From Eledone cirrhosa (lineage: Eukaryota), in assembly GCA_964016885.1 (NCBI GenBank), contig OZ024740.1, forward strand, positions 194,308,001 to 194,372,000: DNA of 64,000 bases, read 5' to 3'. Position 1 is the first letter of the stretch. The number at the start of each line of letters is the position of its first letter. The position numbers and the translations under genes are program-made. The notes below the pieces were generated by a model. That model made no database searches. It was given only the letters and a program-made list of their open reading frames with translations, and was not told where the DNA came from. This document shows, piece by piece, positions 11,365-26,315 of the stretch.

Positions 11365-12790
11365 GGTCAGGGGACATATAATCCAAGCAGGGACCATCCT
11401 TCTCAATGTCTGAACACAGCCAATTTCTTTTAGAGAAAGAGAAGAAATTGTGCAGGTTATACACAAGAGAGGAACTATATATATCGACCTCGACATATAT
11501 ATCGACCTCGAATGCTGAGAACCGTGATAAATATCGCAAAGCTTTCGTTCTCAGTTTGCTCAGGGTGCTCTCTGGATGCAATAGAATCTGCAGAGCTGGT
11601 CCTGATATGCTTATGCACCAACGCTCCCCGCTGTACCCAATATGTCCACCTGGACATTTGTGGGCTTCTTTGTCATGAGGTATTCTCAAGTTGCAGATAA
11701 CTGGGAAGGGATCAGCTGACAGGTCATTCCCTCTCTTAACACGAACATCCAGCACAGAATCGAAGAGATCTGAGACAACAGCCAAATCAATTATTGACCT
11801 CTGTCCCTTATTACCCTTATAAAATGTATTTTTATGGATGTTTCTGTGCTAGAAAGTCCATTGCTAGAATATATTTCTTATAAGGCCTCTTTATTTGTAT
11901 TTAGATCGAGATAGCCACTAGTTCCAATCACTCACTTCTATGTCAGGTGGTTAGTGCCAACATCTGCATTGAAGTCGCCTATCAGAATATATGACTCAGT
12001 CCTAACTACATCTAACCCTACAGAGATTTCATCAAGGAAGGATATGTATTTGGATTCCATGTTTGGTCCATAAACCTGCACCACCAGCAGAGATCTATCT
12101 TTCAACCAAAGCTTCAAGAGGCAAATGCTACATCCTAGTGATATCCAACCCATAACGCATTTTGACAGCCGGGGACTCATGAGTATCCTCATTCCCGCCT
12201 GTGCAGTTATTCCTGGCGTCACACAGTAATAGTGGAGTTTCCATCCTTCATCCAAATCTACAGTACTTTGTTGAGGAAACCCCGACTATATCTAGCCGAT
12301 AGCATCTAGCCTCCTTCACTAGTTCCTTCTTTTCGCCTGTATGGGTTGTGATACTCCAGGTTCCAGATTTTGCTCGCTTCCGAACTCTCTTTGGGGTCTC
12401 GGAATAGGCAATATTTGTGTATCCATCCCACACCTCCCACGACATGTTGCAGACCCAGTTGTAACGGCATGAAATAGGCTCCTCTACCTACGTCATGAAT
12501 GCGAAACTTGTTAACCCGCACGAAGGTCAATGCAACATGATTCATTTTCTTCCATTTCACCATATTGCAGTTTCGGATGTCAGTCACCAATCTGATATTT
12601 TCTCAAATAAGAATCCTCCTCCACACATGCTATCAGGAATGCCTCTGGGATTCTCCTCTTTTAAGAGAGGTGCATCCTGACGAGGTGGATAGAATACTTT
12701 GCTGATCTCCTAATTCACATCCCAACAGTATCTGCTGATGTACACAAGGTGCATCTGGGAACGATGAATAATCTCTCGGTGACTGAGCTT
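11365..12790 (-). mobile_element. RTE-clade LINE, 5' part (5' UTR plus AP endonuclease), decayed
   Basis: GTWSITT..GEKKELVKEARCYRLDIVGVSSTK; GWKLHY; VVQVYGPN; LIGDFNADVG; SIIDLAVVSDL..VLDVRVKRG. Same family as 46400-49010. Confidence 0.9.
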
Positions 12791-12792
12791 AC

Positions 12793-12819
12793 AAGAAGAA
12801 GAAGAAGAAGAAGAAGAAG

Positions 12820-12848
<29 letters not shown>
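12793..12848. repeat. (GAA)n microsatellite
   Basis: GAA run. Confidence 0.95.
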
Positions 12849-12850
<2 letters not shown>

Positions 12851-12899
12851 TGTGAATTATATTATTTGACTCATAAATTCTTTAAAGTTTGACGGGTAA

Positions 12900-13420
12900 A
12901 TCATACTTGGTCACCCGAGCTTTTATTTCTGAATGATTTGATGAAAGAAGATTTTAATCGTATGGTGAGTGTGGTTAAATTTCATTGGACTGTTGGAATC
13001 ACGTGGTAGGTTTGGTATATAATATTCTCCATTAGAAATTCTAGTGAAATATCTTAGAGGTTACCATAATATAACCTTCTAGTAAGATTTATGCGGGGGT
13101 ATTAAGTTTCAGTAAATTCCAATGATTTAGCCAATGAATAGTATTATTGGTAGCAGCAAAGTAACAATACGCTTTTCTTGTTAAAGGATATGGTGGATTT
13201 TTATGGTGTGGCAATAACGTCTCTCTTAAAATTAGCTAAATTAGCTAAATAAGTTTCATCGTTGGCAATAAATGAAGAGTTCGATTTTATTGTTGAGGGA
13301 TACATGAGGCTGTTGCTTATATTCGGTTTAGCATAGTAACAAAGTCAATATTTGCGCATTCTAGGTAAGTAGGTTTAGGTTTCGTCGGATATTTTCCTGG
13401 TAATACTCAGTAAGATATCT
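12900..13420 (-). pseudogene. Possible highly decayed Naiad-type PLE remnant
   Basis: Only scattered peptide echoes (YAKPN; ILW*P; TIKI) in the expected order. Confidence 0.25.
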
Positions 13421-13813
13421 TCCAGGCTTTAAACATCCATATAAAGTGTGACTGATTTGGGGAATTGACTTTATCCAGGGATCATAAAATATTTATATTC
13501 TGGTAAAGATCCTTGCAAATTCCCTTTCCGTGGGCAGGTAGTTTAAATTCAGCAGCTGAAAATGGGTGTCTGAGGTGACGCCTGTATAGTTGCTGGTGTT
13601 TTCTTTTTGAATCATTCAATATTGGAAGAGATATCCTCCAGAATAATTCCAATTCTGATCCGAACTGGCCAATGAGAACGATCTTCACTCGCCATCCAAT
13701 GGCTGACTGCTGTATTTAGAAACTGTATCTAAGCGATCAGGCGTGGTTTTCACTCATACAAAGTTTCAATTAATGCACCTTTGTATCAATCTGTCAAAAC
13801 ACGCAAACGCATA

Positions 13814-13850
<37 letters not shown>

Positions 13851-13854
<4 letters not shown>

Positions 13855-14697
13855 TAGCGAGAATCGAATTTCAGCTCAGGAATTAACGAGAACCACTTCC
13901 GAGTTGTGTGGCAAGCGCTCGATAATTCATATGAATTAGAGCTTACAACTTACGTTAAAGGCCAAACACACTGAGATGGTGGTTAAACTAATCATCCACA
14001 CAGCGAAAATTCGATCGCCTATTTCGGGTCAAACAGATATACAGATATAAAAATATAAATGGTTGAAAGCTTACCCGGGCCCCTGGAAAGATGGTAAAGT
14101 CCAGTATTTGGGTTTCTGCGGCTCCATAAGTCATTTACTGTCCACTTACATAAAGGATGTTAGGTTTCTGGTATCATGACTGAACTGGGAGTACGCGTTG
14201 TCAACGGGATTCAGTTCGAAAGTCCACATAAATGTGTCTGTAACTGACCCCACGTGGGGTTCAGCAAGGGAGGCAACACCTATATTAGGCGAATGAATTC
14301 AGTTGTGTATAATTTTGCGAAAATGCAAAATATCACAAATCGAATAAAGCTCTCGACAGAATGGTTGAATATAACAAAGCTATTCAGCAGTCAATAGAAT
14401 AGACCAAAAACAATCAATAAAATTAACTGGCCAATAGCTGGTCTCTGGAGATTAATACAAATAAAAATTAGCGAGAATCGAATTTTAGCTCAGGAATTAA
14501 CGAGAATCACTTCCGAGTTGTGTGGCAAGCGCTCGATAATTCATATGAATTAGAGCTTACAACTTACGTTAAAGGCCAAACACACTGAGATGGTGGTTAA
14601 ACTAATCATCCACACAGCGAAAATTCGATCGCCTATTTCGGGTCAAACAGATATACAGATATAAAAATATAAATGGTTGAAAGCTTACCCGGACCCC
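13851..14697. repeat. ~233-bp direct repeats (13851-14083, 14465-14697; period 614) between (TA)n tracts
   Basis: Near-identical copies with few substitutions; no TG..CA ends and no ORF in the spacer. Confidence 0.9.
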
Positions 14698-14763
14698 ATA
14701 TATATATATATGTGTATGTGTGTGTGTATGAGTATGAATGTGTGTGTGTGGGTGGGTGGGGGG

Positions 14764-14803
<40 letters not shown>

Positions 14804-16709
14804 TGTGTGTATAGTTATATATACATTGGAAATATCAATGAAATGGACACAGTTATTATCCATGTACGCTTAAAAATCCCACTGAGTTCAACACTAGTTT
14901 CATCTTTTTTTCATGTGTGGATAAATAAAGTACCATTCGAATGTTTGAAAGTTGTTATTCCTTACCTCTTTATTCTTTCTCTTTTATCTCTCAGATTTGG
15001 CTACGATCTAGTGGGAAATGATGCCACTCAAGCTTTTCTATCAGGTTATGTCTTTGGCCAAATCGGCTGAAGCAGGCAAAAACGAGCAAAATACAGGCAG
15101 TAGGTTTCTTAGGAACTTATAGAATTCTTGCCCTTATAGAAAGTATATATCTTTAAGATTAAATTAGCAGGAATGTATGTTTCTTGTAACACGTGAAAGA
15201 AAAGGGGATATAACATTCTGACAGAGCACAGTACATTGTTTGAATTCAAACAGAATATATTTAATTTCCATTTCTATTTTCCCACATAATATTATTTGCA
15301 TCTTGTTTTCTTTCTTCTCTGATTTGTATTTTTTTCAACACTTACCTTTATTTTTCTTCTATTTCCGGCAACGCTTTGCTTCTTCTACCTTTGAAATGAT
15401 CCATTATCAGATGCACATTTTTGCATATTTTCTCAGAGATGTTTCATTTCTGTTTTTCTTCATTTCTACTGTGGAATAAGACATTATAACTGCCTTCGTT
15501 CCTCAATCGCATTTATGTAACTTTCATTCCGCAAGCGTAACCAAACTTTAATTCTACAAGGTGTGATATATGTCTTTTTTTTCACAACATGTATGCAATT
15601 TATGTTCAACAACGTATAACGTCAGTCTAACAAGACCCCAGCGCAACCATTTATCTTATTCTTGTAACTCCTAAATTTCATTTAGTTTCTAAAAAAAAAA
15701 AGAACTAATTTTATGGTGCTACCCTATAACTAAGCTTTTGGTGTAGCCATGGTTATTTTTGTTGTTGTGACTGTGCGTTTTATTGTTTCTCTTGTTTGTG
15801 TGCATTTCGTATGCATTGCAGCTTTATTGTTGCATCTTTGTTTTCACTTGCATAGTTCCTTCTGCTGCTGCCTTTGTTCTTAATGACTATGTTGTCGCTG
15901 TATTGGCTTTTACTTGAAATGGAAGGATATGAAAATTGAATCCGAGAATAAAATTTAACACTTCTTCAACCCTCAAGATATATTTAGAAAATATTTATTT
16001 CTATTCATTTTATGCAAATATCAAGAACAGTTAAAATTATGATAAATACCAAGAGTCCATCGATTGTTCTAGGCTAAAAGATTATAGCTTTATGTATAGG
16101 ACAATAACTCCAGCCTTTGGGTTTCTATGGACATTACAATTTTGTTGGATGCTTTATCGTTCTCTTGGTGCCAATTGCATGTAAAATATCGTTTAAGAGG
16201 TTTTCAGATTAATAGAAGAAGGAAATATATGTTTATGACTTTGGAAAATGACCAAACACGACGACGAATGAAATATAATGTAGAGAATAACTCTAAAGTT
16301 TAATGTGTTGTTGTTGATTGATCAGCACCCAGGTCAAACACGCTCAAACAGATCTATATCACAGGCGTTCTAGTCATAGTCAGCACATCTTATTTAAAAC
16401 CTTGTCTTTTTATTTAAGATGCTAAATCATAATATAAACGATATCTGATTGCTCTTTGTAGCTGATCGCGTGATCACTTAGTTTATTGTGATCATAATAA
16501 TATCTTGAGCTACTCTGCCAGAAAGGTAAGAGAGTTTGAGATAAAAGCAACATACAAGGACGTAACTCGAATATCACCTGCTGAGCGAAAAGTCTTAACC
16601 ATATGGACGATGTAGGTTGGAATGGATCCTGTGGTGATAGAAGTGAATATGTTTTAATCATACTGAGCACTGATGTACTTTCCGCTCTGTTAGAAAGATT
16701 AAGAATCGT

Positions 16710-16746
<37 letters not shown>

Positions 16747-17011
16747 TATATAATTGGAGGCATAGTAAAATTGAATCTTTGGCGGTGTGCAAGCAAATTC
16801 GACCTATGATATGAATGAGTTAGCAAAGCACTCGGGAAGGTAGGTCCTTAGAGTAATAACATACGTTTAAATAGCTTGACAAACTGAACATTGTGGTAGT
16901 CCTTCATCAGAAGAAAGAATGAGAAATAAGATAGACTGAGGGGACGGGTGGGTTGGAATTGGAAAAAAATGTCTTTAGATAAAAATAACAGATCCATTCA
17001 CGTTGACATCT

Positions 17012-17190
<179 letters not shown>

Positions 17191-17999
17191 TATTTCTATT
17201 TCCAGATACCTTTTAAATATATATATATATTTATTTCCAGATACCTTTTAAACGTAACTTTCCGTATATATTACTGTTATGAGATATTGTTTGTTATCTA
17301 GGTATCATTTCTCTGTTTTTAAACTAAGAAAATAGCTATATGCGTGTGTAACATGCATACATTTATTTTTTTAAAATTAATTGAGTTCTTAACACGCAGG
17401 ATTGATAATGTTTTTGAAAAAACTAATTAACCCACGTGTATATTATTTTACTTTTCTTGTGACTCGCGATTGCCTCCCTTTTCCGCTTCGTGACGCTATG
17501 ATATTTCCTCAGTCTAAAGACTGCTGGAATTTCAAATTAGGCGGTCATTTGATGCGTGAAAGGATGACTTAGCGGACACGAAAAATAACTGCGGTAAGAA
17601 ATTGTTTCTTATATCAAAGTTTAATGGGCATCCACTGATGATTTATAAGTGCCCACCTACATATATTCTTACAGAAAAATATGTTAGGCTTCTACATAAA
17701 CTGGAAACATTCTCCCAACTTGTAGAAAACTTATAATGAAACAATTGTTTGGAAAGAGAGATATATTTTAATTTTAATTATATCTCATATAAAATAATAC
17801 AACTGGCTTTCCACAAAATACATATAGTTAGCACCCCAAACACAAAATTGGGATTATACTAACGTATATCCTAATGTTTGTTGAGTGAGATGGTTACCAG
17901 TCAGAGTTTAGCTTAAAGCTTTCTCTGCTATTGTATTGAATATATATATATATTGTGGACTCTCCCGTTGTATTTCGGCGTATGCGTGTTCAACACAAT

Positions 18000-18290
18000 T
18001 TCTCAATTCGTTTTTGTGGTTATGTCTTAAATGGTAATTTAGTTCAGATGACAGGATTTTGAACGAGTAGGATAGATAGTTTGATCGAATCTTGTTCGAA
18101 CTTATATCACTAAGTTGGACCAAATGAGATGTTTCAAAGTTCTATTTACCTTTCTTGTAGACAATTCTCCATTTTTCATGTTCAGCAGCTAGGGCTTCAA
18201 AACGAGTAGATGTGTTCACAAATTTAGGATTGTACTTCAGTTTGTCTCTATAATTGAATAGTGGTATTCCTTTCCTGAGAAGATATTAAT
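18000..18290 (-). mobile_element. RTE/BovB-like LINE 3' fragment
   Basis: Minus translation RKGIPLFNYRDKLKYNPK...FEALAAEHEKWRIVYKKG*NFE resembles the RTE C-terminal motif (RGRP..RYKD.LK...WE.LA.DR..WR). Confidence 0.55.
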
Positions 18291-18926
18291 CCTTATGTAG
18301 ATGATTTCATAGCTGTTTTTTATTATTGATGTTGTTTATACAAAAGCCAGGCATTAAAGAGTTGACCTATGATTGCACATTTCAGCGATAGCCATTCCAT
18401 TTTTGCACAGGACTCAGACAATATTTTGAAGCAAGGCGACATGATGTTAATCTGTCAAGTCGTCATTGTGGCATGATAGAGTCAGGATATACATTAAAGC
18501 ATTTGTAATGCTTACCAAAACAGTTAATAATTGTCGAATGCGTGGGTGAAGGTGTGAGTAATATCTGAAGAAGAGGGAGAAATAATTGTTGTTTATAATA
18601 TTGTTAATAATATTGTTTATTATAGATTCTAATGCCCCAAGATGAATATCTAAATATAACTTAACAGACTTAATGTTCACCAAAACATTAATGGAAATAA
18701 GATTCAATCGTCTACCGGCAGTATGTCTACTTTAAATTCATTATATTTGATGTGAGGCCGAATGAATACCATTCAGTATACAATTAACAATGAAGAACAG
18801 TTACATTCATGAAGCAAATAACAGTAATAACTGATTTTTAAATAGCTGTGATATGTAAATTGTATAAATGGTAGAAATGTGCGTTTGTTACATTCTTGCA
18901 TTGCTAATGCCATCAATGATATATAT

Positions 18927-19424
18927 TGCAGGGTGGTTGGTAGGCGGAGGGTATGAAAAATCTTCGCGTTCTGCGTGGTAGACTCCTCTTCTGAGATGCA
19001 ACATTTTGTGACACCTTCTCTAACGGCAACTTGGTGTGTTCGGCTACCAGCCCAGGCTTCGCTGCTCGCCAACGTCGAAGAGAGCAACCGTCAAAGCATC
19101 GGCCGCTCTCTGATAGGTCTGTGTTTGAGCCTGTAACTGAGATGTTCGGCTCTCTTGGCTCCCTTACCATATCCTAACTCACTGATATCAGAGCGGTGTT
19201 GGCTACCCTCGAGGTGGAATGACTCTTCCAGCGCATCTTCCTTAACATCAGACGGGGAAACGCCTTTTCCATTATGTCCGCCGGAGCCGTCGGGTGGCCA
19301 GCACGTGGGACCCCATTTTCTCACAATAGCGAGAGATGGGAGAGCGAGAGAGATGCAGGCGATGGCAGGGGAGTTCGGTTCTTCTGTGTTCGGACCTGGT
19401 GTGTGCAGCGTCAGTTCTCCGTAA
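18927..19424 (+). mobile_element. Possible LTR (18927-19181) plus PBS-like site and leader of an LTR retrotransposon remnant
   Basis: GC-rich island starting TG and ending CA, followed by C-TGATATCAGAGCGG; no second LTR or gag/pol seen. Confidence 0.3.
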
Positions 19425-19619
19425 GTAGGTAGTGATTCATCTACTATTATCTAGAAAGTATTATCGTTTTTACTAGGATGAAGATATGACAAAGGTATTT
19501 GTAATTGGTGTTTAAATCTTGACATGACGGTAGAGGGAAAGTAAGATAGAGAATCTAAACGAATAAAGAAAGAATAAATTATATGTAATCTGGGTACAGA
19601 AGCTGAAAGATGTGAAGCA

Positions 19620-19820
19620 GTTATCGGCAGAATCGTTAATGTTTTGGATGGGCTGCATTACTGCAATTCGCTAAGGTCCGCTGCGTTTTGTTTTAACATT
19701 GCCCTTTACCTTTTCGGGGTTGATAAAATAAGTATCAGTCATGTACCGGGATCAGTATACTTGACTTTCACTTTCTCAACCCCAAATCTTCTGGCTTTGT
19801 ATCAAAATGAGAAACCATTA
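19620..19820 (+). mobile_element. Old diverged SINE related to family 1
   Basis: GGCAGAATCGTT head and CCTTTTCGGGGTTGATAAAATAAGTATCAG central domain. Confidence 0.6.
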
Positions 19821-20424
19821 TTGATTTACATTGCATATTTTATTGTCCGACACCAGTCGGTTATAATAAACAATAGGTTTTGGGGTTACAATAAACTGTA
19901 TCAGTGTAGAAGTGTGAGGGTTATGTTTTGCTTCCGCCACTTCCTTTTTACCAATGTTCGGAAAAGTTTAGAATATATAATATGCTCTTCGCAGGATTAC
20001 TGAAGTCCGGAGTTTGAATCTCTAATTCAACTCTAATTTTTCTTCGACATATCCTGCCAAATATGGCGATTTACTGGTGCCATGCTACAATGCCCTGTTG
20101 TTTTTTTCCCCTTCTATTGTAGTTGTGCAGTGGTGATGAGTTATCTACGGTACTATTTAGATATATGGATCATTTTTCTCTAGCTTACACAACTGTGACG
20201 TTCAGTGCTAATAAAATCCATTATTTCCTTTGACTAGATACAATGCCAATTTTAGTATATATTTCCAGTATATCTTTAGTATATTTTATCGAGAAAAGAG
20301 GTGTAAAATGTAAAGTCATTCTTGGAAATATTTCAACATAGAACTAAAAGGGGCAATATTAAATGCGGTCCGGCATTTATGGTCTAATATTTCTGTCAAG
20401 ACAGCAACACTTGTTTACACAACA

Positions 20425-20745
20425 ATTACAAGGCCTGCTTATCCTCCATCGTTTCCCACGGCGAGTGTTTCAGTTATTCGAACAATGGTACTGCCTGTTC
20501 GTGGAATCAATGCGCAAGTAACTGAGAGTTTCACTAACACGTCCATTTTTAACTTAATTCTCGGAGGGATTCATCATACCAATGTATGTTAAATTACAGA
20601 TGCATCTCATGTTTGCCAGCTGCGTTGACTAGAGCGACATGAAATAAAGTGTCTTCCTCAAAGATACAACTCGCCGATGAGAATCAAATTAACGACCTTA
20701 CGGCCCTGATCTGAACACCTTAACTTCTAAGTCACGTGCCTTCAC
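20425..20745 (-). mobile_element. tRNA-derived SINE, second family (diverged)
   Basis: Minus strand shows GAAGGCACGTGACTTAGAAGTTAAGGTG head, TTTGAGGAAGACACTTTATTTCA body and CGCCGTGGGAAACGATGG tail; similar layout to 54810-55030. Confidence 0.55.
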
Positions 20746-22357
20746 AATTATGAGTAATGGTAGTATGATACATAAAACTCATTTTATTGGTAACCAGATA
20801 TTTATTTTATATTAGTTACCCAAATAAGTAGTATGGCATACAGCATGTCCAGTCATTTCGAAGCCGATATGTTTTATGTTCAACATGACTCAATGCCCAC
20901 AGAAACAAATATATTCAGTTTGATGTGAATGTTGTACACAATGAGGCGTTGGATATTAGCATATTTAAACTATAAATCCAGATACACCCAGAACTTTATT
21001 GTTCAAATAGTATTTTGAGTAATCAAGATCAATTATTTATTTATACAATATTGATCGATAAAAACTAATCAGCAGATGCTGAAAGACGTGCTTTGAAAGG
21101 AAAGAGAAGAGCAATAAGAGAGAAAATGGAACCCACGGCAGCTTAAATATTCTCATGATAAAGACGAGTGCAAGGTTTGTTTAAGGCAAAGGTGAGGGCA
21201 TTATTTTCGTGTCAGAGACCACAACTGCATGACATAAGAGAACAGGTATCCAAGAGATATACCTCTGTCAAAACACAGTATCGGGTCGTCTTTGATAAGG
21301 AACAGAAATTCAATGTGATGAAATAGGTAATTATTTGGTAGTCTTTTGATCAGCTTCAAAATCTTGAAAGTAAGAGTGACATGTCAATAGCTGTTAGTGG
21401 TAGATAGATCGGAATATCTAGAGGAAAAGATTGAGGGCCTTACCGAGAACATAAAGTACCTATGAAGTACATACAGTATTAGAAATAGACAGTGTCATAT
21501 CTGTTGCATTTGTTGAATGATCAGTGCAGTGATGGATCTATGCTGCTATGTCTCTGCAATTTCAGAGACGGAAATAACTTTTCTTTGGATTTGTCGATTA
21601 TTGTACCAGTATTTTCTATTGGCATAATGAAATATAGTTACTTAAAATATAAAATCATATGAATGCATTTATCAGCAGCGTTCTCTGCTAAATTTAAAAT
21701 GCAAATTGTTTCATGGAATGAAATTAGCGTTATTTTATTATTCACGAACTAGAAAAATATTTCTTGCATGTCTTTCAGCTATAATTAAGTTTCTGTTTTA
21801 TTTATTCTATTTTGTCATATTTTCCTTTCTTTTAATTTACAGTATGACCTAGTGGATTTCATGCTATTTAGTATAGCAATTTACAGACGGTTATTAACGG
21901 GTTATACTCACTTATCCCTCAAGTCATACGCTTCCCTAACGTGAAAATATATTCTTGCATTAAAACTTACAACACATACTTTACAAACTATACTTAACAT
22001 ATATATTAAGAAGAATGGTGGTTATGTAGCCGCAGACCACCTCTAAATAAGACAAACGTCGAACGATTAGAGGTGAGCCACAGATTTATGTACCCGTTCT
22101 TAACATGATTTCCTGGGAAATTCTGCTTCCTGCTATACGAGGACAATATTGTGCATATAGAATTCTATTTATTTCTATACCATGATAAAATCAGTAAAGG
22201 AGATGAGCGAGATGTAGATTTAGTCGGTAAATGTATATATATATATATATATATATGTGTGTGGGGGGGGGGTGTATGTGTGTGTGTTATGTACACATAT
22301 GTGTGTACGTTTATTTATATATTTATATGTATATATACATACAAACATAATACATAA

Positions 22358-22512
<155 letters not shown>

Positions 22513-23606
22513 TCATCCTTATTTTTATTAAAATAAATAAAGATGTCGTGTCTGAGAAAATTACAGACACGCGCTATATCGCCTGCAAAGGAAGCCCCAA
22601 AAAAGAAATTCTGAGCTCTTAATATAAATTCATGGCATATAGAGAAATATATCAAACATTTAAAACGAGAGATGATTTGTAAAGAATGTAAGAGTATATA
22701 ATTACAAATGAGCAGTTTATCAAACGAAACAACTAATTTACTCTCTCGCACGTAATTTCTTTATGATTTCAGAGACTATGTTTCACCTTTGAAATGGTCA
22801 AGTTCAATGGTCTATTAGGATCATCACGAGAGAGAACCAACCATATGAACTTACACCTCTAAAACAAATCTATGGACAAAATTGAGACCTGATAGTTTTT
22901 TTCAACTCCATTCGCATAGTATAGGTGGTCGGGAAAACGAGTGCCATAGCAGAAATTATATTATTTATTATCGTACGTTAGCTGAACTACAGCTAGTTTA
23001 ATTTTGATTTGCAAAATATAAGCAGAGAAATATATTCAATATACATTTATTTACTGATAGACTGCAGTTCCGTAGTCGAATAGCTACTTTGATAGAATGA
23101 GAAAACATTGCGAATTTGCATCACCCTATATGTTGAGTCAAGGGGGACTTTTTCGTACGGCTACATCCATTCAAATGAGCATTTGATCGGAAGTGGACAA
23201 GCGAGGTGTATAGTGAGAAAGACAAGTGAGGAGAGATAAATTGAAAACTGGTAGCGAAACGGGAGATGGTAAAAACAACTTTGAGAGAGCAATAGTGAGA
23301 AAAAGAAATGAGTGATGAAGATTGCTAGTGAAGGAATGGGGGACAGGAAATATATTTTTCCATGTGTATGTGTAGAAATGTACAGACAGTTACTTATCTC
23401 TTTAACAATAGAGGGGTGTGAGTAGGTATGCGTATGCTTATGATTATATGTGAAGTTAATAATTATATACGTGTGGGCGTGATATATTCTGTCTCTATAT
23501 CAGATGTATTGATGTGTAGGATTAATGTGTGCATTCCGTGATGTATATAAGTGTAAAGTGGAGGTGTGTATGTGGTCTTTATATAAGTGTGAAAAGTATG
23601 GAATGT

Positions 23607-24005
<399 letters not shown>

Positions 24006-25099
24006 GATATATTGGCTGTTTTCTATTTACGGTAAGATACGTTTATTATATTGAGGATTTTTTCTAGTATTTTATGTCATCTTTGTTTATTAGTTTTGCA
24101 TCTTCTATTTGTTATCTTCCTCATAAAATATCATGTTTCTTCCATGCGTTTTGTATGTTTGGTCTTCTTTCGTTTTTATCTTTTCATATATTTCCTGGTT
24201 TTTATAGGCTCTCCAGTTTTTCGTACATTTTGCTATATTTCTTATTTTCTCATATTTAGAAATGACAGTCCAAAACCCTTAACGTTTGCATAATTCAGTC
24301 TCTCCAACATGAAATATAATCCACACCACGGACTGCTAGCTTTAATGAACAATCAATAATGCAGTCTAGAAAACGTGTGCAGTTACCTATAATTATGTGC
24401 ATAATAATTTCCAAAACTTCCTATAGAATTCAGTCAACAATTTTTCTCGTTTCATATTTTCTCAAGTAAACTAGTAATTTAGTTCATTTTCGTGGTTATT
24501 TGTGTGCCACTATATATATTTTCTCTTGTTTTGTTTCAATATCTATACTACTAGTAGTAACTGTTGTTGTTTGTATTTCTTTTATGCAGACAGTTATCTC
24601 TGTTTTCTTATTTTATTTTTCGAAATACATTTTAGACTAAGATCAAAATATGTCTTTTCAAAGTGATTATTCTCATGGAAGCCATTGAAATCACTGTTTC
24701 TTCCTGTCAAATCAAACTTCATTAATTAGCTTAATTTCTAAGAATTCTCCTCCGAAATAAAACTCAAGTAATAGTAAATAAACATATACTGTTAATGTGA
24801 TTATTATTAGTATCATCATGATCATCATCATCGTCATTGTTATTAATGACTAGTGAACTGGTGCCGTCAATAATGACAGCAATGCTTCTGAGCGTAATTT
24901 TTGAAGTCCAGGATCTGTGTGTCATATATTCCAAGATTACCGGATTTATGAACAGTTATACAAATAGAAAAAGTTGCGCTTTGATAAATGTATGGTTTGC
25001 ATTAAAGAAACCCTATAGTTTATGTTCATTACTGACACGTAGAAGTGACTAAATATAAGAATGGTATTTAATAATTGTTTTCTAGAATATAATTGCCTA

Positions 25100-25512
25100 T
25101 ATATTGTTATATTTGGGGAAGGTCGTGTTGTTATAATATTGCCAGAAAAATACATAATAAAACACATTTACTCTTTGGCTATATATATAAATATAGTTTC
25201 TCGGAATTCTTTCGTCACACAGCTGTGACATCATCAGTGATGTTATTATGTTTCCTCCCGTTCTGCTGTATTATTGTAATGTTTTCTTAATAAGAAAAAC
25301 AGTTGTGTGACGAAAGAACTCTAAGAAATTATATTTATAACTATATTTTTAACTGTTGGTCAATCAATGATAAACATTGTTTGCCAACTGAATTAATTAT
25401 AGAAATACAAAATATACTGAAGCGAAAACCAACCCAAACCAAACAGAGGGTGTGTTTTACTATATATTTTTCATCCAATATTTCAACATCACCCTCCCCA
25501 AATATAACAATA
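25100..25512. repeat. Nested inverted repeats: dispersed family (25103-25180 plus, ~25350-25512 minus; also 63590-63790) around an inner pair with a degenerate HHR (25185-25345)
   Basis: TATTGTTATATTTGGGGA.GG shared by the three copies; inner minus arm reads CTGATGA-TGTCAC-AGCTGT-GTGAC-GAAA-GAATTC. Confidence 0.65.
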
Positions 25513-25767
25513 TCTGTTTCAACACATAATTTCATATCAAAAACCTTGCAAAATAAATCCATCGCCGTCAATTGCATAAATAATCAGCATATATGTACAA
25601 ATTACACACAGAATTAAATACATGAGTAACTTTGAAGAAGTAATTATTTATAGTGACAAATGTAGGGTTAGAACCCAGGACATTGTAATTCGAAAGCGAA
25701 CTTCTCATTGAAGAAGCATGATTGAGATGTAAAATGTATTGTGTATGTGTGGGTGAATTTTAAACAG

Positions 25768-26315
25768 ATGCATCATCATCATCATTCGTCGACTACTGTC
25801 GAGATGATGGATCTCACTCTCATGCCCCAGAATTCCCTGTGCCCCATCGCCGCCCCCAGGTCCTCTCTACTGATTCCCGTATCCCTAGAGATAACGCCAG
25901 GGAATAACAGCTTCCTACACCTAGTCAGGCTGGAGTCAGGGTTCCAGAGCAAGAGAGCGGATATGATTTCATTGCTGGCACGGTGACAGTGGCCAGCAAA
26001 TTGAGCTCTCCGGGATTTTAGAAGGGCAGAGGCTCGACGGAGTTTGCCATAGATTTTAGACAAGGTGGGATGTCGTTTCCAGGATAGGTTTTGCACTCTC
26101 ATTAAGAGGCGGGTATATGTGCCATCCAATCTCCTCTCAAGTTGTGATGTTAGTGTCCAAGTTTCGGATCCATAAAGTAATATGGGCTTAATGGTTGCTT
26201 GGAATATTTCCAGTTTTAGCTTGTTGGTAAGTTGAGATGTCCATATGGCGTGCATGTCATTGCACGCTGACCATGCCATACCCTTCCTGGTTAGAAAATC
26301 TGATGCAGACGGCGT
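25768..26315 (-). mobile_element. RTE-group LINE 3' end with (GAT)n tail
   Basis: ORF 25782-26435 core RKGMAWSACNDMHAIWTS..KLEIFQATIKPILLYGSETWTLT..LDGTYTRLLMRVQNLSW..FAGHCHRA; tandem CAT repeat right after the stop. Confidence 0.9.

Noticed and set aside
16850-16915. Minus-strand CTGATGA hammerhead
   Set aside because: GAAA is replaced and the stems do not form.
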